From positions 345,976-409,975 of the forward strand of contig JBBAWM010000001.1 of the NCBI GenBank assembly GCA_040397175.1: 64,000 nt of DNA. The letters are read 5' to 3'. Positions 53,595-64,000 of this stretch are shown one piece after another. The position numbers and the translations under genes were made by a program. Position 1 is the first letter of the stretch; every line of letters begins with the position of its first letter. The notes below the pieces were generated by a model, which was given only the letters and a program-made list of their open reading frames with translations, was not told where the DNA came from and did not search any database. Source of the stretch: Candidatus Limnocylindrus sp. (GTDB lineage Bacteria; Chloroflexota; Limnocylindria; Limnocylindrales; Limnocylindraceae).

Positions 53595-54498
53595 CGACCT
53601 GCGTGGCGGTGGTGCAACGCCAGGGGCGTTGCATATCGTCTCCACCCCCATCGGGAATCTTGCCGATCTCACGCCGCGTGCCGTGGCCGTACTTCGTGAA
53701 GTTGGATTGATCGTTGCCGAAGACACGCGACTCTCTCGTCCGATGCTTGCAAGCATAGGCGTGCAGGCGGAGGTGACGGCACTGCCAGGATTTGATGAGG
53801 TTGACCGGGTTGCGCCGATCATTCTTCGGCTCCAGTCAGGTGCCGCCGTTGCCCTGATCAGCGACGCTGGGACGCCGCTCATTAGCGACCCGGGAGGTAC
53901 GCTCGTTGCCGCTGCAGTTGCTGCAGGAATCCGCGTGATCCCGATTCCTGGCGCATCCGCACTCCTTGCCGCGGTGGTCGCAGCGGGTGTCACCGGTCTG
54001 CGTTGGTCATTCGAAGGATTTCTCCCCCGCAGTGGCGTTGACCGCTCAATGGTGCTCGGTGCCATTGCAGCGGATGAGCGCGGCACGGTGATCTATGAGG
54101 CGGGACCCCGTGTGGCCGCGACGCTAGACGACCTGGCGCGCGTGTGCGGTACGGAGCGAGTCGGCGCCGTCTGTCGTGAGCTGACCAAGTTGCATGAAGA
54201 GGTTCGGCGGGGCTCTCTCGGCGAACTTGCAGCTGCGATGGACGCGGGGGAGATTGATGCGCGCGGTGAGTTCGTAATTGTTGTCGGCTCGCAGGATTCT
54301 GCGAATCTTCCGAGAGCAGATGACCCAGAGGGCCCGTACGCTGCGGCACTTGAACTCGTGGGGCGTGCCGTTGCGGGCGGCGAGCCGCGCAGCGCAGCGA
54401 TTCGGCGTATCGCCACGCTGTGGGGGCTCGAGCGTCGACGCCTCTGGAACCTCGCCCATGACGACGCGGCACCAGAGAGCGTCGACAACGAGCGCTAG
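53587..54498 (+). CDS. rsmI: 16S rRNA C1402 2'-O-methyltransferase
   Basis: VSTPIGNLAD, AEDTR, SDAGTPLISDPG, PIPGASA, FEGFLP, CRELTKLHEE, RGE. Probable TTG start overlapping the end of nadE. Confidence 0.93.
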   Translation: MTDDLRGGGATPGALHIVSTPIGNLADLTPRAVAVLREVGLIVAEDTRLSRPMLASIGVQAEVTALPGFDEVDRVAPIILRLQSGAAVALISDAGTPLISDPGGTLVAAAVAAGIRVIPIPGASALLAAVVAAGVTGLRWSFEGFLPRSGVDRSMVLGAIAADERGTVIYEAGPRVAATLDDLARVCGTERVGAVCRELTKLHEEVRRGSLGELAAAMDAGEIDARGEFVIVVGSQDSANLPRADDPEGPYAAALELVGRAVAGGEPRSAAIRRIATLWGLERRRLWNLAHDDAAPESVDNER

Positions 54499-54890
54499 GC
54501 GCGAACCGGAGCGATCTCCTCGCCGTATTCGGCCTCACCAAGATCGGTTGGCTCTGACCCCTGTGCGACTGGATCGCCCGACTGTGGCTTTGGTCCGAGG
54601 AACTCGAGGCGATTGACGATCACCTCGGTCATCCAGCGACGCGATCCTTCGCTCTCCCATTCGTGGGTTTTCAAGCGGCCATCGATGCTTACCAGCGAAC
54701 CGGCCTGCAGGTGCGCGGCGGCGATCTCGGCGAGCTTCTCCCAGAAGACCAGTCGGTGGAACTCGGTGCGCTCCTCCCCACCACGGAAGTCGTGGGTTGC
54801 GACGCTTCCCACAGCGACCTTGGAGCCTGAGGGGAGCGATTTCAACTCGACGGGTTTGGTGATCCTGCCGGCGAGCATGACCTTGTTCAT
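54495..54890 (-). CDS. ssb: Single-stranded DNA-binding protein, short form without the canonical DDIPF tail
   Basis: AGGAGG Shine-Dalgarno; MNKVMLAGR, TEFHRLVFWEKLAE, GSLVSIDGRL, TEVIV. Confidence 0.88.
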   Translation of the reverse strand: MNKVMLAGRITKPVELKSLPSGSKVAVGSVATHDFRGGEERTEFHRLVFWEKLAEIAAAHLQAGSLVSIDGRLKTHEWESEGSRRWMTEVIVNRLEFLGPKPQSGDPVAQGSEPTDLGEAEYGEEIAPVRA

Positions 54891-54937
54891 TGCGCCTCCT
54901 GATGCGGCAGCGGCCCGGATCTCGTGACCCGCAGGAG

Positions 54938-54953
54938 CCGAACGCCTGCTCGG
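54938..54953. promoter_or_regulatory. Candidate Gram-positive-type LexA (SOS) box upstream of ssb
   Basis: CCGAAC-GCCT-GCTCGG: one mismatch to the GAAC-N4-GTTC palindrome, with symmetric flanks. Confidence 0.35.
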
Positions 54954-55025
54954 AAACCCTCCCACCGTGCGAATACTGCGGGCATATCGCGCTGGTGTCG
55001 CGCTCTTCTGCGACAATCGCCCACG

Positions 55026-56651
55026 ATGCGGTACTACCTAACAACGGCCATTGCGTATGCCAATAACAAGCCCGGCCTGCACACGCTCTATGAGGTAATC
55101 GGCGCGGATGCCATTGCCCGTTGGCGCCGCATGCGGGGTGACGAGGTGCGCTTCCTGACCGGCACCGACGAGTATTCGGTCAACATCGCCGCCCGCGCCT
55201 CAGAGGAGGGGATGAGCCCAAAAGCGTTCGTGGATGCGAAGGTCGCCCTCTTCCAGGCGAGCGAGGCGAAGCTGCTGATTAGTCCCGACCGATTCATTCG
55301 CACCACCGATGCCGACCACACCCTCGCCGCTCAGGAGATGGTTCGACGTTCGTTTGCTGCGGGGGACATCTACGTCGGCAGCTACGAAGGCTGGTACTGC
55401 CCTAATGAAGGGTTCCGCAACGCCGACGACGTGGTGAAAGAGGGCGACAAGACGGTCTGCCCGAACCATCCAGGGATCCCGCTGCAGTGGCTCACCGAGC
55501 GCAACTGGTTCTTCAAGCTGAGCGCCTACCAGGAGCGCCTTGAGGCCTGGCTGACGCAGGATCCATCGCCGGTGCAGCCCGAATACCGCCGAAACGAGAT
55601 GCTCGGCTTTGTACGCCAGGGGCTGGAGGATTTCTCCATAAGCCGAGAAGGGGCAACGTGGGGCATTCCGTTCCCGATCCGCGAAGACGGCAGCAGTGCC
55701 CTGACCGCAACAGGCGAGGGCGATCCAAAGGCCGGCACTATCTACGTCTGGTACGACGCGCTGATCAACTACCTCACCGGTGCTGGCTTCCCGGCGGATG
55801 CTGCCGGCGCACCATGGTGGCCCGCCGATCTGCACATCATCGGCAAGGACATCAATCGTTTCCACTCCGTCTTCTGGCCCGCAATGTTGTGGAGCGCTGG
55901 GCTTGAGGCACCGAAGAAGATCTGGGTGCACGGCTGGCTCCTCTCCAGCGGTGAGCGAATGAGCAAGAGCCGCGGCAACTTCCTTGATCCAGATGATGCA
56001 GTTGCTGCACTTGGCGCCGACGGGACACGCTTTGTGGCACTGCGCGAGGTGCCCTTTGATCGTGATGGTGATGTGAGCTGGGACTCCATCATTCGCCGCT
56101 ACAACTCTGAGCTTGCCAATGACTTTGGCAACTTGGTGAACCGAGCGACCACGTTGGCGAGCCGCGCCTTCACTGATGCGCCCCTTCCCCGACCTGCCGC
56201 TGCATCCCTCCTCGGCGCCGCATGGGAAGAGACACGTCGCGAGGCGATCGCAGCGCTCGAGCGCAACGCGCTGCATGAGTGGCTCGGTGCGCTTTGGGGG
56301 TTCGTCGGTGCGGCAAACAAGTTTGTCGATACCGAAAAGCCGTGGGAGCTCGCGAAGGCGGCGAAGCTTGGCGATGCCGCTGCGGAGGAGAAGCTGCGTG
56401 GCGTACTTGGCGACCTTCTTGAGTCGTGCCGACTGATTTCGCTCTATGCAGCGCCAGCGATGCCAACCATCACCGCAAAGATTTGGACGCTGCTCGGCCG
56501 TAGCTGGCCGTATGACGCGAGCGGGCACAACGGCCCGGCGCTCGACGAGATCGGCGCATGGGGGGCACTCGGTGCAGGCGGCGCACTTGGTGCACCAGAG
56601 CCACTCTTCCCGCGACTAGAGGCGGATGCGCTCGATGCCACTGCTGACTGA
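55026..56651 (+). CDS. metG: Methionine--tRNA ligase (short form, atypical HIGH motif)
   Basis: FLTGTDE, FIRTT, YEGWYC, SISR...WGIP, IYVWYDALINY, IGKDI.RFH..FWPAML, RMSKSRGN, LANDFGNLVNR, LFPR. Confidence 0.95.
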   Translation: MRYYLTTAIAYANNKPGLHTLYEVIGADAIARWRRMRGDEVRFLTGTDEYSVNIAARASEEGMSPKAFVDAKVALFQASEAKLLISPDRFIRTTDADHTLAAQEMVRRSFAAGDIYVGSYEGWYCPNEGFRNADDVVKEGDKTVCPNHPGIPLQWLTERNWFFKLSAYQERLEAWLTQDPSPVQPEYRRNEMLGFVRQGLEDFSISREGATWGIPFPIREDGSSALTATGEGDPKAGTIYVWYDALINYLTGAGFPADAAGAPWWPADLHIIGKDINRFHSVFWPAMLWSAGLEAPKKIWVHGWLLSSGERMSKSRGNFLDPDDAVAALGADGTRFVALREVPFDRDGDVSWDSIIRRYNSELANDFGNLVNRATTLASRAFTDAPLPRPAAASLLGAAWEETRREAIAALERNALHEWLGALWGFVGAANKFVDTEKPWELAKAAKLGDAAAEEKLRGVLGDLLESCRLISLYAAPAMPTITAKIWTLLGRSWPYDASGHNGPALDEIGAWGALGAGGALGAPEPLFPRLEADALDATAD

Positions 56652-57489
56652 CGCACACGGGCACCTGCAGGCTGATCGATTCAACGACGACTACAAGCAG
56701 GTCGCGCAGCGCGCACGTGATGCGGGGATGGTCCGACTCTTGATTCCGTCGTACGGCATCAAAAGTTCTGAAGGAGCCTTTCGCATCGCGCCCGATCTCC
56801 CGTGGGCCGACCTTGCGATTGGCATTCATCCATATACCGCCGTCAGCGACGCGCCGGGTCGCGATGCGCTGCTGCAGCGGGCGACCGATCCTCGCGTGGC
56901 CGCGATTGGCGAAACAGGCCTCGACACTAAGCGTGATTTCGCGCCATTTGCGGCGCAGATCGAAAATCTAGAGGCACATATCGACGTTGCCACGACACTC
57001 GGGAAGCCGCTGATCCTGCACTGCCGATCGCTCGGTGATGGCGATGAGGCGCAGCGTCAGCTCATAGCGACGATCAAGAGCTCAAAGATCGGCGCACCGG
57101 GTGGTGCCAAGGCGTTCGGAGGTCGAATTCCGTTCGTCTTGCACAGCGCTTCGGGGAGCGCGGCCTATGTAGAGGAGGCACTCGCGCTCGGTGGGGCCGT
57201 CTCCATCTCTGGGTTGGCATTCCGCCCAGAAGAGTCGGCAACGGGGGAGTGGGTTCGGCTGATTCCGTCGGATCGCCTGCTGACGGAGACCGACGCGCCA
57301 TGGCTCACCATGCCTGGGGCGCCAGACCCGCGCCGTAACGAGCCGGCGAATGTTGCCCTCACCCTCGCGTGGATCGCGGAGCGTCGCGGTGAAGCGGCTG
57401 AGCCGTTGTCGAGCACAATTGCCGAGAACTTTGACCGCATCTTTCCACGCGGCGAAGGCCTACCGCCACGCTTGGAGTTGGCACTCTAG
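56626..57489 (+). CDS. tatD: TatD-family hydrolase
   Basis: DAHGH, GIHP, AIGETGLD, LHCR, LHS, LTETDAP, RNEP. The start could be 56635. Confidence 0.92.
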   Translation: MRSMPLLTDAHGHLQADRFNDDYKQVAQRARDAGMVRLLIPSYGIKSSEGAFRIAPDLPWADLAIGIHPYTAVSDAPGRDALLQRATDPRVAAIGETGLDTKRDFAPFAAQIENLEAHIDVATTLGKPLILHCRSLGDGDEAQRQLIATIKSSKIGAPGGAKAFGGRIPFVLHSASGSAAYVEEALALGGAVSISGLAFRPEESATGEWVRLIPSDRLLTETDAPWLTMPGAPDPRRNEPANVALTLAWIAERRGEAAEPLSSTIAENFDRIFPRGEGLPPRLELAL

Positions 57490-57504
57490 CCCTTAGAGTG
57501 CTAA
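57478..57504. promoter_or_regulatory. CIRCE element (HrcA operator)
   Basis: TTGGCACTC-N9-GAGTGCTAA: one mismatch to TTAGCACTC-N9-GAGTGCTAA, 75 nt upstream of groES. Confidence 0.92.
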
Positions 57505-57579
57505 CATCTCCGCACGTGCCTCGTTCGCGTAGGCACAAGGTGCAGGGGCGGCGAACCCGCCCACAAGGAGGTTCTACCA

Positions 57580-57879
57580 ATGGCCAAGAAGGCAGCACTC
57601 CGACCCCTCGGCGACCGCGTGGTCGTCAAGCCAGTCCCGCGCGATGAGAAGACCGCCAGCGGCATCATCCTGCCCGACACGGCGCAGGAGAAGCCACAGG
57701 AGGGCGAGGTCGTTGCTGTTGGGCCAGGCCGCATCCTCGATGATGGGAAGCGCGAGCCGATTGACGTGAAGGTGGGCGATCGCGTCCTGCACGCCAAGTA
57801 CGCCGGCACCGAGTTCAAGATCGATGGCGATGAGTTCCTCATCGTCGGCGCCAAGGACATCTTGGCCGTCGTCGACTGA
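57580..57879 (+). CDS. groES: Co-chaperonin GroES
   Basis: [39 protein letters not shown]. Confidence 0.98.
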   Translation: MAKKAALRPLGDRVVVKPVPRDEKTASGIILPDTAQEKPQEGEVVAVGPGRILDDGKREPIDVKVGDRVLHAKYAGTEFKIDGDEFLIVGAKDILAVVD

Positions 57880-57913
57880 CCAACGACCTACCGAAGTAAT
57901 CCAACCCAAGTAG

Positions 57914-61767
<3,854 letters not shown>

Positions 61768-61777
61768 CCCTGCTCTG

Positions 61778-61822
61778 TCGCCGCCGCCTGGTCGGTGTAA
61801 CCGGCCAGGGTGGGGGCGGCGG
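61778..61822 (+). terminator. Strong GC hairpin after katG (possible terminator, no U-tract)
   Basis: Inner stem CCTGGTCGGT-GTA-ACCGGCCAGG, extended by TCGCCGCC/GGCGGCGG. Confidence 0.4.
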
Positions 61823-61834
61823 TAGAATATGGGG

Positions 61835-64000
61835 GTGAACCTCCCCCTCGATCCAACTGGTGAACCATCCACGGCGGAGCGATCCCTCTCGCGTCATGCC
61901 CCACTGACGGGGGGCGCTCTCAGCAGCGTTGAGGAGCGGATCCTTGCCCCGCTGAACGAGGCGCAGCGACGCGCGGTAACCACCACGGCGGGACCACTCC
62001 TGGTGCTCGCCGGTGCCGGTTCAGGGAAGACGCGGGTGATCACGCACCGCATCGCCTGGCTGATTCAGCATGAGGGCGTCGCCCCGTGGAAGATCCTCGC
62101 CGTGACCTTCACGAACAAGGCCGCCGCCGAGATGCGCGATCGCCTGCACGAGATGATCGGTGAGTCGGCACGCGACGTGGCGATGGGCACCTTCCACAGC
62201 CTCTGCGCTCGCATGTTGCGCCGCGACGGTGAGGCGATTGGGCTACCGAAGGGCTTCACAATCTACGACGCCGATGACCAGGCGCGCGTAATCAAGGGAT
62301 TCTTGAAAGAGGATGACCTCCCCGCAACTGGCGAGACGAAGCCGAGCCTCATTCTGGGCGCCATCAGCCGCGCCAAGAACGACGGTCTCTCCGCCGAGCA
62401 GATGGAGGACCGCGCGATCACCCATCATGAGCGTCTCGTCGCCCGGTTTGCCCGCCGCTATGCCGCGGAGTTGAAGCGCCTCGATGCCCTCGACTTCGAC
62501 GACCTCCTCCTCGAAGGACTGCGCCTGCTGCAGGAGGCACCCGCCGTCGCCGACCGCTACCGCACGAAGTGGGAATACCTGCACGTGGATGAGTATCAAG
62601 ACACCAACCGCATCCAATACAACTGGGTGCGCGAGCTCGCTGCCAAACACGGCAACCTCTGTGTAGTGGGCGATGACGACCAGTCCATCTATAGCTGGCG
62701 CGGTGCAGACATTCGCAACATCCTCGACTTTGAACGCGACTGGCCCACTGCGGAGGTCGTGCCGCTCGAGCAGAACTATCGTTCCACGCAGACGATCCTT
62801 GATGCAGCCCACGGCGTCGTCTCAAACAATCAGGGGCGCAAGAAGAAGAAGCTGTGGACCGAGCTTGAGGGTGGCGACCAGATCACCGTCTATGGAGCAT
62901 TCGATCCCGAAGACGAGGCGGCCTGGATCGTTCGCCGCATTGAAGAAGCCTCCGCCGCGGTGACCGGACGTCGAGCAGATGCACCAACGCCCGTCAGTCT
63001 CAACGAGATTGCCATCCTCTATCGCACGAACGCACAGTCGCGCGCGATTGAAGAGGCACTGCTGCGTTCGAGTGTTCCGTATCAGCTGATTGGCGGCACG
63101 CGCTTCTATCAGCGCCGCGAGGTTAAGGACGCACTCGCCTGGCTCCGCGTGCTACGGAGCGACACTGACCGCATCTCGTATGAGCGCATCCTGAACGTGC
63201 CACCACGCGGCATTGGCGAAAAGACGATTGAGCTGCTGCGCGCCACTGCCGCGCCGAGTGTGAGTGCGCCGGACGGAACCCCCTACGGACACGTGATTGC
63301 CGCGGCTGGCCGTGGTGAGGTAGCGGGCGTGAACACCCGCGCACGAAACTCCCTGGCGGGCATCGCCGATGTCATCAGCCGACTCCGTGATCGCATTGCG
63401 GCGGTCACACTTCCAGAACTCCTTGACGGGGTCTACTCGGAGTCCGGTCTGCGCGCACACCTCGCCTCGGAGGGGGTAGAGGGTGAGGAGCGCTGGGCGA
63501 ACCTGCTCGAGCTTCGCGGAATCTCGGGGCGATTCAGGGAACTCGCCCCGCTCGACGCACTCGACCGCTTCGTGGAAGACACCGCGTTGGTGGCCGATCA
63601 GGACGCCTTTGATGGCGATGCAGAACGCGTGACACTGATCACCCTTCACGCTGCAAAGGGGTTGGAGTGGCCGACGGTCTTTATCTCCGGCTTGACCGAA
63701 GGGCTCTTTCCGCACAGTCGGGCGCTGATGAACCAGGAGCAGATGGAGGAGGAGCGTCGCCTCTGCTACGTCGGCATCACGCGTGCAAAGCGTCGCCTCA
63801 GCCTCTCGTACGCCTTACGTCGTGGCTGGGGTGATGGCGACGGCGCGCCGTCGCGATTCTTGGCAGAGATTCCAGAGGAGCTGCTCAATGTGGCAAACGA
63901 CGACGACCCACGCGCCGATGGCGAGACGCGATTCGGCCGTGGCTTCCGCTCGGCTCGTGCAGGATTTGCAGGCGGCGAGTCGTGGCGCGAGGGGAGCGGT
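61835..64000 (+). CDS. pcrA: PcrA/UvrD superfamily-1 DNA helicase, truncated by the window end
   Basis: Translated by hand: LNEAQRRAV...LVLAGAGSGKTRVITHR, VTFTNKAA, TFHS, VDEYQDTN, VGDDDQSIYSWRGA, LEQNYRST, LYRTNAQSR, TLHAAKGLE, EERRLCYVGITRA. Confidence 0.95.
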   Translation, partial: MNLPLDPTGEPSTAERSLSRHAPLTGGALSSVEERILAPLNEAQRRAVTTTAGPLLVLAGAGSGKTRVITHRIAWLIQHEGVAPWKILAVTFTNKAAAEMRDRLHEMIGESARDVAMGTFHSLCARMLRRDGEAIGLPKGFTIYDADDQARVIKGFLKEDDLPATGETKPSLILGAISRAKNDGLSAEQMEDRAITHHERLVARFARRYAAELKRLDALDFDDLLLEGLRLLQEAPAVADRYRTKWEYLHVDEYQDTNRIQYNWVRELAAKHGNLCVVGDDDQSIYSWRGADIRNILDFERDWPTAEVVPLEQNYRSTQTILDAAHGVVSNNQGRKKKKLWTELEGGDQITVYGAFDPEDEAAWIVRRIEEASAAVTGRRADAPTPVSLNEIAILYRTNAQSRAIEEALLRSSVPYQLIGGTRFYQRREVKDALAWLRVLRSDTDRISYERILNVPPRGIGEKTIELLRATAAPSVSAPDGTPYGHVIAAAGRGEVAGVNTRARNSLAGIADVISRLRDRIAAVTLPELLDGVYSESGLRAHLASEGVEGEERWANLLELRGISGRFRELAPLDALDRFVEDTALVADQDAFDGDAERVTLITLHAAKGLEWPTVFISGLTEGLFPHSRALMNQEQMEEERRLCYVGITRAKRRLSLSYALRRGWGDGDGAPSRFLAEIPEELLNVANDDDPRADGETRFGRGFRSARAGFAGGESWREGSG

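Noticed and set aside
55200-56528. 442-aa antisense ORF (and similar ones at 1995-2939, 35544-36761, 59692-60600)
   Set aside because: Antisense to well-supported genes; explained by codon bias suppressing stop codons on the opposite strand.

Overview
A gene-dense, high-GC stretch of bacterial core chromosome with about 55 CDS, 3 tRNAs and the RNase P RNA. Many genes overlap or abut. In order: a polyamine ABC transporter (potB partial, potD, potA); Mrp/ApbC plus two small membrane proteins; tRNA-Leu-tig-clpP-clpX-valS-FmdB; homodimeric-type glyQS; ferredoxin-NADP reductase; dnaG-rpoD-tRNA-Asn; an orphan ParB; methylmalonyl-CoA mutase/epimerase-sucCD-sdhCDAB; an RNase HI::metallo-beta-lactamase fusion; rnpB; a dcw cluster (mraZ to ftsZ, yggS, yggT) without murC, murE or sepF; tRNA-Val; acnA; a NUDIX hydrolase; an orphan family-5 solute-binding lipoprotein; a split glutaminase + nadE pair; rsmI; a second-type ssb; metG; tatD; CIRCE-groES-groEL-katG; and pcrA (partial). 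I saw no prophage, IS element, integrase or CRISPR array. Gene content and compactness suggest a streamlined Terrabacteria genome, possibly Chloroflexota (e.g. Limnocylindria); this is inference only. I found no self-contained multi-gene novel system. The best novelty candidates are altered housekeeping parts: (1) an intact RNase HI fused to a PhnP-type phosphodiesterase directly upstream of rnpB; (2) a MetRS whose HIGH motif reads GLHT; (3) a primary sigma factor with a ~190-aa histone-H1-like N-terminus and a ~190-aa insert; (4) an RNase P RNA without P13/P14; (5) an orphan ParB with a non-canonical recognition helix; (6) a solute-binding protein with a ~125-aa insert.
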